This document shows positions 1-14,937 of a stretch of 64,000 nucleotides of DNA, piece after piece. The DNA is from Octopus sinensis (taxonomy: Eukaryota), in NCBI RefSeq assembly GCF_006345805.1, contig NC_043004.1, forward strand, positions 14,570,001 to 14,634,000, read 5' to 3'. A model generated the notes under the pieces. That model did not search any database, was not told the DNA's origin, and saw only the letters and a list, made by a program, of their open reading frames with translations. The position numbers and the translations under genes are program-made. Every line of letters begins with the position of its first letter. The first letter of the stretch is position 1.

Positions 1-560
1 CTTACATCTTGTATTCGTTCACTTCTTTTGTTCATATTCGAATTAAAGTCCATTCTAAAGGAGAAAAAATAAAACAAAATGGAGAAATTGTTAATGGGCA
101 GAATCTAAACAAATAAGAAATATTTTTGCCAAGAATATTTTGTACCTAATTATATCAATCAAACGGTTGGTCTCACTTGTGTTCACTCCACTTGCAACAA
201 TACGTAGAACTCTTTCGACAGCGTTCTCTTATGTATGCATGAATGTTTATATGGAAATTGCTTTCCATTCTAATTCTATAATTAATGGTGCATGGCGAAA
301 ATTAATTACTGAGGATACTTTGAATGTTTCAGTAATACCATGTATATAGCAATTTACACCGTAGTCATATTTAACGCATATAATTGCCTGTTATTTCACA
401 AATATATACTCACAAAAAAAATCAAATTACTATCCCTCTAGAACTAGAATCAATGTTATGGGGGCGTAAATACACCAGCATCAGTAATCAAGCTGTGGGG
501 AGGGGGACAAACGGACACAAAGACACACACACATACATATATATTCACATATACGGCATG

Positions 561-690
561 ATTCTTTCGGTTAACGTCTACCAAATCCACTTATGAGGAT
601 TTGGTTGGCCTGAGGCTGTTGTAGAAGGCACGCGTCCAAAATGTTTCATAGGAAGAATGAAACCGTAATCATGTTTAGGAAGTAGACTTC
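561..690 (-). mobile_element. SINE family B, degenerate fragment
   Basis: Reverse complement resembles the family B body (gtctaccaaatccact...gaggct...tagaag) seen in 7 other copies in the window. Confidence 0.65.
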
Positions 691-2830
691 ATCGCCAATG
701 TGAATCTTCCCACAGAAATATAGGATTAATTCTTGATATATATAGCAACATTCTAGATTGTATATCTCTGAGCTGACTTGAGAACAGTAACCCAAAATCA
801 TGACAGTTAATTATCTATAGAGAGACTTTATATTTCTTATATCACATTTGATGTTCCCACAGAAAGGCACTCGCTTCTCATTTTGCCGCCACTGCTGCAT
901 ACACGCATCCAATCCAGAACTATTCACGTCTGCAATTTTTCCCTTGGAGATACAATCTCACAAAATGAAATCTTTCTCTTGTTTTACTGTACAGCAATTA
1001 ACCTCAAATTCATCGCCTTCATGACTCCTTAATGGTATGCTAAATTTAGTAGGTATGGCCCTTGCGCATTTAGCGCAACCAACATGATAGCAAAAACTTA
1101 AGAAACATTGAGTTCTCCATTGCTGAGGGTGTTCAGTTACTCAACTTAAAATGATTAAAAATATAACTATTCCTCTTTTACGAAGTGTTGAAATACATGC
1201 CTGTCCATGCAACACATACTACAGCTTTTAGTTAATGGCTGAAATCTATTACTCTCCCTACTTGAGTGGTACACTCTCCACTCAGTGCATCATTAGATTA
1301 GGGGACGACAAATGAAAGCATGCATACATCCCCGATACTACTCTTGCTCTACTTACACATGATTCTCTTATTCCACAAGAAAGCGATTCTTTTAGATCTA
1401 TAATATATCTTATATCAATCTGTCATTATTTTCAGTTTATTTGAGAACTAGCATCAGAACTAACATCAGACGCAGGAACACTATTTATCATCTTCAAACC
1501 CTATCATCAATGTCAAGAAAGTTTCTATCCAAACACATTGTTATGAAGATCTCAGAAGAAATAACGAATATATTTCACAACCTGATAATATAATCTTGTA
1601 GTCAATCAGCCACATTGAGAACTTGGAATGATGTGCCACAATTCATTTTATTTTTGCCGATCTGATAGAACATAACATTCCACATTAACGAACACATACT
1701 TAAATCGCCTAGACAGCAGATCAACACAGGTTGTTACGAACTAGGCGAATAAGCAGTTGAAATGAACAGCATTTTGGTAGCAACTCACAAGATAAACGAT
1801 AATTTAAGATTACTTCTATGAGCAAGAAATAAATTCTAGATATATAAGAATCATTTCAAGGGGAGATTCAAGAAAGAAAGAAATCACAATAATGGAATGA
1901 ATTTCGTAAAACATAAAATGGTCAATGTACTTCAACAGAATGGCAAGAAAATTTAAAGCATCATTTATCAAACATAAAAGCCATTGGAATGTATTACAGA
2001 TGCAATTTACTCAGAGGAAAATAAAGGAAGCAGCGTGATTAATATATAAATGTGTCATGAAAACAGCACGACAGGAAACAGTACGAAATAAAAAAGAAAA
2101 CGAATTCGTGAAACTTTAACGATACTTATAGTGAATGATAATGACAATATCACAAGAGGCTGTACATCAACTAGACATGGGGATATTTAATAAATTTATT
2201 AGTGTGAAGGATGTAAACACAAGTAGACACTTACGAAATAACGGCTTTAAAATATTCATATTTTCTAGAACTTTCAAGAACGTTAGGAGAAAACTTTCTA
2301 CGTATATTAATATATCACATTATTTATATATTACTGATAAGGAGGTAAAAAGTAGAAACAATTCTGTTTCGACAGCGTAATAGGTTTTCAGACTTTGGTA
2401 CGTTTTCTCAGGTTCCATATGCAAAAGATTTAGTCTCAGTATCAAATTTTTGTAGATGTTGATGCGTATGATGATTTATTCATACCATATGTAATGTATT
2501 TTATTACGTTGTTATTTTGAAATGTATTTTCTGGTGTGTGTTAGAAGCACAAGATCAAAGTAACGGATATCACTTCGTGGTCTTATCAGCAAAAGACTGA
2601 TTGATCTAATCAATGTTCGATTAAGTCGCGAGAACTCATTCCTCCGGCTATACCGGTCACATGCTTATTAGATATCTTGGTAGCTCATACGCAAAATAAG
2701 TTTCTCATCAGTAAATTAAAGTTTCTTTCACGTTGGCACACTTATATACTAGGGGTGAGATTACTAAACTGGGGCCTTTAAATCCACACACAGCCTTCTG
2801 CTGTTTATTGACATAAATCCTAATTCTTTT

Positions 2831-3060
2831 GGCGGCGGGCTGGCAGAAACGTTAGCACGCCGGGCGAAATGCTTAGCGGTATTTCGTCTGCCGTTACGTT
2901 CTGAGTTCAAATTCTGCTGAGGTCGACTTTGCCTTTCATCCTTTCAGGGTCGATAAATTAAGTAGCAGTTACGCACTGGGATCGATGTAATCGACTTAAT
3001 CCCTTTGTCTGTCTTTGTTTATCCCCTCTTTGTTTAGCCCCTTGTGGGCAATAAAGAAAT
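2831..3060 (+). mobile_element. SINE family A (GGCGGCGAGCTGGCAGAAACGTTAGC...), full length
   Basis: Pol III A/B-box-like head (TGGCAGAAACGTTAG; GAGTTCAAATTC); near-identical copies at 8434, 36121 and 37183. Confidence 0.9.
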
Positions 3061-4756
3061 AATAAATTGTATAATGATATGTAAGGCACGAATTTCTACC
3101 AGTTCCTAAATTTGTGAGTGTGCGTACAAATGACGCTTTAGTATCCAAACGAGCCCTGACTATCGCAAGGACAACTTTTAGCATAATCTTTGTTAGTAAT
3201 TAACTAAATATTTGAAATAGAAAATGTTCATCTAGATGTTATGTTAACCCTCGGTATAATTTATAACAGTGAGTTAAATATGTTGATGCAAGCTAATAAT
3301 AACTCTATGTATATGCGGTATTTTTCAAATTAGTTGTATTTAAATCACTCCTGGTTGAATAGAAACTTTTAGAACACTTTTAACAATTCATAAAACTAAT
3401 TAGTGGGAGAGTAGTGAGTGCTAGTGAAACGTTTGACAAATATGAATATGACGAAAGGGTCGATAGATTTGAAAATTATATTATCACCCTTACAATAGAT
3501 TTTCAACCTTACCTAAAGTTTTAAAAAAAAGAACTATTTGGTTTGTTTAGAAATCATGTCTTTACTTGATAATAAAGAATATTATGTTGAAATCTGGAAA
3601 ATGGCAGTAGACTACACTAGGCTTCGAGAACATGCGCACCAACTGCTTCTATGCTTCTAGAAAATATACCACTGACATGCTATATAGTACAAAATTAATG
3701 AGTATGTTGAGAACACTGATGACAGATGATGATGTGGTAGATGAAATAAAATTAAAAGCATCCGCGTTAATATCCTATTTCACAATGGTAATCCACCGAA
3801 CAGAAGTCTTTAAATAATTTTAAAAATATTGCGTAAATTATTCGTCTTAAACTATATTACATTTTTGTTGCATAATCTATTTAAGTATTATTAGAAATAG
3901 GTTTGATATTAATATCACTGTGAGAATAGTATAATGTCTTCTCTGCAGCCCATCGGATCTTGGCACATAAAATCAGCTCTTATCCCTGTACCAGATGAAT
4001 CATCATATGTGGTGATATCATTATTTTTCAGTGGCCATATTGGAAAAGGCTGGTGAGCGATTGCTCAATAAGTGCTGCACATTTCTTGACTACTAAATTT
4101 TTAAGTTAGTATTCAGTCTAATTTATTTTGCTTGGTATTCTGATATATAAGTGTATTTCCTTTCGGAATAGAAGTGTCCACGAGGAAGTAATTTGCAGTG
4201 TGTATGTTGAAGAATTATACTTTCATCGTGATTGAATCTAGATCCCATTCTCTAATTCCTTCAGAATACTTAGCGTATACAAAACAAACTGGTTCGTGAA
4301 AGATGTAAAGTGATGTATGTGTATCAGAGAAGGCTATAATTTTTATTGCCCATATCATTAATTAAGAGCCAATGGGTATGATAGAGGGCAACAACGTACA
4401 CTTAATAATGTAGAATGGGAAAAAGTGTATAAAATATTATATGTGAAACATTCTATAATTTATTATTGTTTTAAAAGTGAATGTGTGATTGAACTATACC
4501 TTATTTGATGCCACTAGTCAATACCTCGGTCCTTGTGAACAACTATCACTGGAAATTAATGGCATCTAATAAACTATAATTTTTAATCAGTGAAATAAGT
4601 GTAGTTCTTTCCTGTAAGAAATTTGGTTACAAAGGTACGGTATCACAATAAGACTGTAAGAGTGAAGCATTAACTATTGTTTGGACCTCGACTGTAAAAC
4701 ATTTCTTAGTTTGCACCTGCTCAAAATTTTTATTTAATAATCTTAATCCATAATTA

Positions 4757-4968
4757 GGCGACGAGTTGGCAAATACTTAGCACACCAGGTAATATTTTTA
4801 TAGACATTTCGTCAGCCATTATGTTATGAGTTCAAATGCTGCCGGGGTCGAGTTTGTCTCTATCCTCTCGGGATCAATAAATTAAGTACCACTTGAGTAC
4901 TGGAGCCGATGTAATCAACTTACTCCCTCCCATGAAACTGTTGGTCTTGTGCCAAAAATTTAAACCAA
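4757..4968 (+). mobile_element. SINE family A, diverged
   Basis: ggcgacgagttggcaaatacttagcac...gagttcaaatgctgccggggtcgag matches family A. Confidence 0.8.
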
Positions 4969-5581
4969 TATTAGTAAGGATCAACGATATGAAGGAAAGT
5001 GAGTCTTCGATTTATTATTTTGACCTCAGGCTGGGTTCTGGTTGGTCTGTTTTCAAAAGAACTAACTCCACAAAAAATCTAGCAATATTCTTGAGTTAAC
5101 TCTACCGAATATTAGCGCTAAAACACAAACAAGGACATTACAGCATGTTCTGAAATAATGTCGGCTGTAACAGTTTGAGGACACAACTGCTGTATTGAAT
5201 TATCATCATCCAGTTTACTTCCAGGATAGTGGTTTGGTTACTTCTATACTTAGTATTACTGGTTATGACATACAGAGCAAATGTTGGAGCCGTTATTATA
5301 AACACCATTTAATATCATTACAACCCTACGTAGGTTTCACCGTTGTGGTTGTTAGAAATGGCTGCATTGGATAAATCCAGCATACTTTCCTAGACCTACT
5401 ACAGAAATTACACATCCCTGAATAGGACATTCGGATTTACTTAGTGCGAAAAGTTACGAGGGCCCAGTAATTTATAGCTAACTCGGGTATCACAAAATGA
5501 CCGTTGTTGTTAGCTGGCATCTGAAACCGAATTAAGAAGAAACACGGTAACCGCCAGAGTAATACATCCCTATAAACTCAT

Positions 5582-5587
5582 TTATAT

Positions 5588-5655
<68 letters not shown>

Positions 5656-5731
5656 ATATATATATGTATGTATATATATATAAATATAAATATATATAAT
5701 ATATATATATATGTTTATATATATATATATA

Positions 5732-5778
<47 letters not shown>

Positions 5779-5790
5779 GTGTATGTGTGT
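5582..5790. repeat. (TA)n/(TG)n microsatellite, one of more than 40 such tracts
   Basis: Direct reading; such tracts produce the YI/IY-repeat pseudo-ORFs in the ORF track. Confidence 0.98.
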
Positions 5791-6317
5791 GTCTGTACGA
5801 ACACACTATCAATTATGGAATACATTTTTACATGAAAACACGAAGACAAATCAACACACATAAAACATACATATATCATAGACAGTATAAACACACGACT
5901 GATGACGTAAATGTCCAATGAAACATTTCTGGCATCAATATCAGCATAAATATATACCAAGTATAATAAAGAGACTATAGAAGCTAACAACACTTCATGT
6001 CATGGCTGAGATATCGTAGACACATCTATAACAAAGAATGAACTGTGTACTTTATTCTTCCAAACATATTGTGTATGTGTCATAAAGTTATTTGCAAAGA
6101 CACAAACAACTAAGATTAAATTAGAATAACTTCTATATCTATCTATCTATCTGCAGAAGTAGAAAGAGGGAGTTGCATATATATATATGTGTGCGTGTGT
6201 GCGTGTGTGTGTGTGCGCGTGTGTGCGTGTGTATGTATGTATGTATATATATATATATATATAATATATATATATATATATTGTATCAGCATGGCCGCAG
6301 CTCTGAGCTGAAACTTT

Positions 6318-6371
<54 letters not shown>

Positions 6372-6374
<3 letters not shown>

Positions 6375-6504
6375 ATAAAAATGGTAATACAACAAAAGAA
6401 TGAAAGAGACCTCGATATTATGTAAATGTAATACGTGACAATTATTCGGTAGCCAAGAAAAAACTCCGCCATCTCTTCAGTTATCCGGTCATCGGAAAAA
6501 TACT
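6372..6504 (-). mobile_element. Internally deleted terminal-repeat (pLTR) fragment of the GIY-YIG PLE family, next to (TA)n
   Basis: Reverse complement matches the 3-prime end of 8100-8293; retains GATAA-CTGAAGA-GATGG. Confidence 0.8.
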
Positions 6505-6979
6505 ATATATATATAGGTAAGTAGAGTTGTTAGCAGTTGAAATAACCGTCTAAGATATAAGAATATCTGTTATTACTACCGGTATAAATTACCTATGTCA
6601 ACCCTGGGCATGTATATGCAAGCATACTATGCTCATAGGCAACAGGCAATAAACAATAAACAAAATAATCAAGAGATTATCAGGAAGGAAATTTAAATTA
6701 AGCAGAAAATAGAGAAAGCTTTTGATCAGCAAATATTTATCCAAAAACATATGACATAGGCTATTCCTCGACACTTTTATTTTATTTTCTTATTATTTAT
6801 ACACCCTGGTACCCTAAGGAAAGAGTAACCCACCAATTATTTTTCTAGTTTATTCATTTACTCATCGACTTCAATCTTGATACTGCAAAATGGTTTGATT
6901 CTAATTTATTAAGCAATCTTTTCTCATCTGAAGGCCCTGTTCTTTCCTCTTCTCTTCCTTTATTTTATGCATTCGTATC

Positions 6980-7095
6980 CACTCTGATGAAGCTCCATGT
7001 ACCAGACTGGAAGTGCTATAAAAGATGATGAATAATATTCTTATAATTTTCTTTGGGAGCGACGACTGACATAGCTAGCAGAAACTGCTGTTAGC
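6980..7095 (+). ncRNA. Degenerate hammerhead-like motif
   Basis: CTGATGA at 6984-6990 and GAAACTGCTGTT at 7081-7092 (near-palindromic stem III); stems I and II are weak. Confidence 0.35.
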
Positions 7096-7475
7096 AATGT
7101 TAAAATTTTGTATCAAAAAATAATAACCGATGGTAGAGTTTACGGTAGCTTCATATATGATGGTCTTGGACATGCAAGCTCCATTTAGCGGGCACAATTC
7201 TTTATTCCTGCATGAACAGCTGTTTTCTTGTGTTTTTTGTATGTTATGTTTGATTATGTTTCTACAATTGGTAGTTGAACTAAAACTAATTTTTAAATTG
7301 TGTCTATTGAAGAGTTTCCTATAAGTATGGTTAGCTGGAAAATGTCTATCTATCAGTGCTAGGAAATATTTACCTATATTGAAGGCCACCTTGGGTGAGT
7401 AAGGGGGCGTAAACCAGATGACCTTCCTATTTCTATTATTCCTTTTCCTTACTGTTGGGCTAGTGATACTGCTGG

Positions 7476-7936
7476 GCTGTTCATGCAGGAATAAAGAATT
7501 GTGCCCGCTAAATGGAGCTTGCATGTCCAAGACCATCATATATGAAGCTACCGTAAACTCTATAACCACTAAAGACACCGTTTCGACGAAGAAATACGTG
7601 GGCCTTACAGAGGGTAATTTCAAGGCCAGGTTCAATAACCACACTTTGAGCTTTAGGCACTGGAACAAAAGAAAAGCGACACAATTATCTAATCATATTT
7701 GGTCTTTAAGAGATAAAGGTGTCGATTATAACATACAATGGAAGATTTTGGCCAGATGTAAGCCCTATACCAACGGCAGCGGAAGGTGCGGTCTATGCGA
7801 CATGGAGAGATGGCTTATCTGGAAAAGCAGCTTAGACCCTACTACATGTCTAAATACAAGGACAGAGCTTTTCGGATCATGCCCACATGTGACTAAATTT
7901 CGGTTACGTTTTTGGTCCCCTAAAGAAAACAGATAG
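7476..7936 (+). pseudogene. PLE GIY-YIG endonuclease domain, open but lacking the RT and a start
   Basis: IYEA..YVGLT..FKARF.NH motif in ORF 7418..7936; the first ~20 codons of that ORF are antisense of the inverted part. Confidence 0.9.
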
Positions 7937-8129
7937 ATAATGCTTTCTATGTTATGTCCCAAGAAGAATTTATATATTTTTTATATATTTTTATATATTT
8001 TTTATGTATTTTTATATAATTTTTATGACGAAAAATGCGAGCGAAGTATAAGTACGCAGGCAAACAGGGTTATAACAGAGTAATTTCCCTTTATTTAACG
8101 GTATTTTTTCCTAGCGTTTTCAAATAGCC

Positions 8130-8192
8130 AGATAACCGATGAGATGGTGTTGTGGATTTCCACTTCGGCATCTGAAACTCAGAGTTTTATCT
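8130..8192 (+). ncRNA. Type I hammerhead-like motif in the PLE pLTR (CCGAUGA core variant)
   Basis: Stem I AGAUAA/UUAUCU; core CCGAUGA; stem II GAUG..CAUC plus one extra U; GAAA; stem III CUC-A-GAG; predicted GUU^ site after 8186. Confidence 0.6.
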
Positions 8193-8291
8193 TGACTACC
8201 GAGTAATGTAACATATTATTGTATAGATAAATTTCCTCTATTTACATAATATTGAGGTTTCTTTCTTTCTTTTGTTATCTTACCGTTTTAT

Positions 8292-8375
<84 letters not shown>

Positions 8376-8433
8376 TGCATATATATGTTGAAGGACCACT
8401 TAATAGTGTGTAAGATATATAGTTATACATGAA

Positions 8434-8750
8434 GGCGGCGAGCTGGCAGAAACGTTAGCACGCCGGGCGAAATGTGTAGGCTGTTACGTATTGAGTTCAT
8501 ATTCCGCGGAGGTCGACTTTGCCTTTCATCCTCTCGGGATCGATAAATAATGTACCAGTTTCGCTCTGGGTCGATGTAATCGACTTGATCCCTTTGTTTG
8601 TCCTTATTTGTCCCCTCTATGTTTAACCCCTTGTGGGTAGTAAAGAAATAGGTATTTCATCTGTCTTTACCCTCTGAGTTTAAATTCCACCGATCTAATT
8701 GAAATTCCTCCTTCCCCAAATTTTCGAGCCTTGTGCCTAGAGTAGAAAAG
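8434..8750 (+). mobile_element. SINE family A plus a partial second copy
   Basis: Matches 2831-3060. Confidence 0.88.
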
Positions 8751-10549
8751 AATACATTATTAAATTTTACAATTTTTGAAAATATAGCGACAAGCGTGAA
8801 TAATTGGTTAACTAGTGGACATCAAATTGTTGCTATTTTACTAATTTCTATTTTGATTTTAATAAATACTTTTTGCCGGTATATTGTGCCGAAGATATTA
8901 CTTCGAATATCACGAGTTCGAATTAAAGAGTGTAATTATGAGTTTGATTGGTATTTAATTTATGTGTGTGGAGCCAGAATTTGAAACATTTTACTTAAGT
9001 GTAGCCTTTGGACGTATGTATTTTATTTGAAATATCAATCTTCATTAAAAATACCTTAAATTGAAATTAGTTACGCACAAATTTCAGCGATGACAAGACT
9101 ATAAATACTATATATATCTTGTATTCTACTAGTATTTCCAATGAATACACATAATGATTATACTTATAATAATTAAAACTAATTCTAACAAAGGCTTAAT
9201 GTTACATTTTTTAAACTTTATTTCTTTTAGTCCATTCATATATGTTTATTTATCAGCATATTTTTACCTATATACTTGCATATGCTTAATCTAAGTTTTT
9301 AAAGGAATTCAATTGTGTTTACGTACAGAATTATAATGTGTATAGTTTACCATGTTCAGTGCATATCTTTGGTTTCAATATATTGTGTCGTCAGAATTTC
9401 TACACTCACAAATTCTTATCGTTTAAACCTATGGAGGTAAGACATTATTCCGTAATACTACAATAGATACTATTATTTTAAGAGAATTTTCAGCTTCTTA
9501 TATAGTTCTATAATATTTATATACTACTAAATGAAACATGACTTTTTTAAAGTTCAAATTAAACACACCAAATTTTTTAAAATTCTGCAAAACAACAGAA
9601 ATATATTACAGCATGTGTTGACCATTTGGAAATATATAAACAGGCATTATTCAGTAACCATTAAAAAAAAACATCAAAAAGGAAGCAATAATCAAAATAT
9701 TTCTGGAAATTTTTAAATGATGCCCATAAAATAACTTATTTTACTTTTAATAAGAATTGATCAATTTTATTATATCTCTATGAAATATCTAGGAGTCAAG
9801 TGGAAGGACGATAGGAAGGTACCCTGAAGATAGAGACCTGGCAAAATTATTTACAAGATGAAGGCTTCGTTCTTTTCACCCAATGTACTAGATGGTGTTG
9901 TAAGACTCCGTGGCAGATCAGGTCTACGAACAGCCTAGATTTAAGAGAATTTCAACTCAGTATACAAGGAGTTGGAACCCAAACCGCAAAAAACCTGGTC
10001 CAGTTTAATTTTTTAAATGTCATGTCATTGAACCTTAGTAGAATCATTTTTTAATCTACCCAGAAAGACGAAAAAAATTGGATATAGAGGGATTTCACCT
10101 CAGTATAAAGAGTGTCGAATATATGCGGTAAGTGTTTTATAGAATAACCTAATGACTGTGCCAACTCGACTACAATTCATATATACCTCTTACTAATTAT
10201 ATCACCATTTCTTTTACGGATCTCTTATATACCTATTTACAAGTAAATATTTTGACAGAGCACGATTTAGCTGAGCGGTCCATGGAGCGGAACTGTAGTA
10301 CTCCTGTTGCAATCAAATGATCACAATTTCGGATTACTTAAAATAGATATATCAACAATAAGGTTATGCGATTACGTACACCTACACACACAAACGTACA
10401 TCCAAATATTCACACACGAACAAACATATACACATTTATAAAACTATGTCTGCATCCAAGTAAATGTACAACCACGTATATATAAATATAAAGAAATTAA
10501 CATTTGATTTTTATAGGCGCCGAAATGTGCATATTAATTTTTCGGTGGG

Positions 10550-10622
10550 TGCAGTTAGCTTAATGGTAAAGCTCTTAGCCAGTTTCCTATCAAGCGATGT
10601 GGGTTCGAGTCTCATGACTGTT
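10550..10622 (+). pseudogene. tRNA-like sequence (pseudogene or SINE head)
   Basis: A box TAGCTTAATGGTAAAGC; T arm GTGGG-TTCGAGT-CTCAT; acceptor GCAGTT/GACTGT; anticodon arm irregular, so no isotype can be called. Confidence 0.55.
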
Positions 10623-10765
10623 TGTTGATAAATTTTCTTGTTTTCTATGGATAATTTACCCAACGTTTCTGCTGTTCTAACGTCTCTGCGTTTGAAAATA
10701 AATTATCATCTTATTCGTATCTTAATGTATATTTATTAAAAAACGTTATATGTCTGCATATGTGA

Positions 10766-11050
10766 AGGCGCGTGGCTTAGTGGTTGGGGCAGTCAAACTC
10801 ACGGTCTTAAGGTCGTGGGTTCCATTCCCTGCGACGCAAGACATTTCATTTTCCTGTTGCTCCAGTTAACTCAGCTAGCAAAAATGAGTAGTACCTGTAT
10901 TTCAAAATGCCGGCTTCGTCACACTCTGTGCCACGCTGAATCTCCCATGTTTGTGGAGTGCTCAGCCACTTGCACGTTAATTTCACGAGCAAGCTGTTCC
11001 GTTGATCGTATCAGCTGGGTCCCACGTCGTCGTAACCGACGGAATGCCCC
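10766..11050 (+). mobile_element. tRNA-derived SINE
   Basis: GGCGCGTGGCTTAGTGGTT A box, GGGTTCCATTCC B box, unique body and TA-rich tail. Confidence 0.8.
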
Positions 11051-11148
11051 TATACGTCTGCATATATATGTATATACACGCCTATATATAAATCTATATG
11101 CATATACATAAATATTTACATGCATATATGCACGCATAAATAGTCATA

Positions 11149-11196
<48 letters not shown>

Positions 11197-12398
11197 GATA
11201 GATAGATATAGGGGAGTGGGTCGAAGGTGAACAATATGTTTTGCTCATTCAAAGAATTTTGCTTATGTAAGACTGAAACAGATGCCATAGGTATCGTGTG
11301 ATATGTAAACATTGTTAGTACTTTATATCACCATGCCTTGAAACCTGCAAATCAAAGTTCACTTGGAATATTAATAAAAATTACTCTATGTAGAATAACA
11401 AAACACCCTCAAACGAATTTTTCAAATCTTACGTAGAAAGAAAAATACAATACAATCAGATATTATTTCACATCATAGCACAAATTAGATAATATTAATT
11501 ATTAAGAAAAATGAAACAAATATTGTGAAATGAAAAGTTTATACCGATACAGCGGCTTCGAATTTGTCGTTCCAAACAGTATTAATAAATCAATATTACG
11601 GAAATTACTACATCTTATTTTAAAGAGGAAAATATTAATTCTATTAACATTTTAAATTGATTTTTAGATAACTTTATTATATCCGTATATAATCTCTTCG
11701 GCAGTTTAATATTCAATAAAGTCGACATCTGTGTATCAGAGAGAATTAATTTAAGGGTTATTAACTTCAATAGAAATCAAAGTTATTATTATATGTAATT
11801 AATTGATATACATAATCAATATATATATAAATACATACATATATAATATATATATATACACCTTTGTACTTATATATTCCTATGAATGTGTGTATTTGTG
11901 TATGTGTGTTCGTGAGATGTGTTTTTTGCTTGTGAGTTTCATTTCAGAAAAATATATTTTGCTATTTCTGACTTGAAGATTTCTCGGAATAGAATATGGT
12001 ATATTAATATAAAATTTAATTTTTAATTAATTCGTGTGTATATTTGTATCAATGAAAATAATATATAAGTATTGTCAATGAAATATACGATGACTGAACT
12101 ACTGAATTCTTTATTGTTTTTTGACTTGTTTGTCTTGTAAACCATAAAATATGAGTAATTTTGAAATATCATATCGCAATTAGAATTACTTTTAATTTGT
12201 TGCCATTTTCTCTTCAATTCACACACACCCATGTATATGTGTGTATGTGTGTCTGCGCGTGTATATATATATATATATACAAGATTGCATGCATGTGTAC
12301 TTGCATCAATCATCTTTTAAGATATATATACACACACATACATATATATATAAACACATACACGCACACACACAAATATATATATGCACACACACAGG

Positions 12399-14356
<1,958 letters not shown>

Positions 14357-14490
14357 CTAATGTGGGATAAATTTTTTTCGGCAAAAAAATTTTATCAATG
14401 GCCAGCTATCAAAAAATACCATTAAAGGTTAAATTTATAAATGATTTACAAGATAAGGGCGAAAGAAAACTTCTAATGCCAATCTTGTAA

Positions 14491-14532
<42 letters not shown>

Positions 14533-14554
14533 CTTTCTAATAAATGTTCTTAAT

Positions 14555-14729
14555 CTCTCTTTTACTCTTTTAATTGTTTCAGTCATTTCACTGCGGCCAT
14601 GCTGGAGCACCGCCTTTAGTCGAGCAAATCGACCCCAGGACTTATTGTTTGTAAGCCTAGAATTTATTCTATTGGTGTGTTTTGCCGAACCACTAGATTA
14701 CGGGGACGTAAACACAGACACACAAATAC

Positions 14730-14735
<6 letters not shown>
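14555..14735 (+). mobile_element. SINE family C (CAGTCATTTGACTGCGGCCATGCTGGAGCACCGCC...)
   Basis: Matches 30880-31085, 52700-52890 and 52970-53160. Confidence 0.88.
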
Positions 14736-14827
<92 letters not shown>

Positions 14828-14840
14828 GCATATATATACG

Positions 14841-14937
14841 ACAGGCGTCTTTCAGTTTCCGTCTACCAAATCTACTCATAAGGCTTTGGTCGGTCCGAGG
14901 CTATAGTAGAAGACACTTGTCCAAGGTGCCACGCAGA
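14841..14937 (-). mobile_element. SINE family B, 3-prime half
   Basis: ttcagtttccgtctaccaaatctactcataaggctttggtcggtccgaggctatagtagaagacacttg. Confidence 0.85.

Larger units (their letters stand above)
7134..8293 (+). mobile_element. 5-prime-truncated, 5-prime-inverted Penelope-like element (GIY-YIG endonuclease plus pLTR)
   Basis: + strand 7476-7936 encodes CSC..CPLNGAC..KTIIYEATV..KKYVGLTEGNFKARFNNH..CGLC; - strand 7134-7475 encodes the upstream PLE linker (RKVIWFTPPYS..IGKYFLALIDRHFP); the 3-prime end abuts (TA)n. Confidence 0.92.

Noticed and set aside
1440-2380. A-rich, coding-looking stretch (RMARKFKASFIKHKS)
   Set aside because: Too many stops; only a weak resemblance to GIY-YIG, so it is unassignable
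4040-4270. GPCR-like frame FAWY...NLDPIL
   Set aside because: The paralogue at 19513 has stops at the same positions in this frame, whereas another frame is open in both copies
5322-5340. GAAACCTACGTAGGGTT palindrome on the - strand
   Set aside because: No CUGANGA core upstream
8733-9500. Hydrophobic ORF and GPCR-like fragments (ILILIN, SVAFGRMYFI)
   Set aside because: Motif spacing is too compressed, and AT-rich DNA gives hydrophobic translations by chance
9824-9935. CTGAAGA with AGACCTG/CAGGTCT stem and GAAC
   Set aside because: No stem I or stem III and no NUH site; at best a ruined hammerhead
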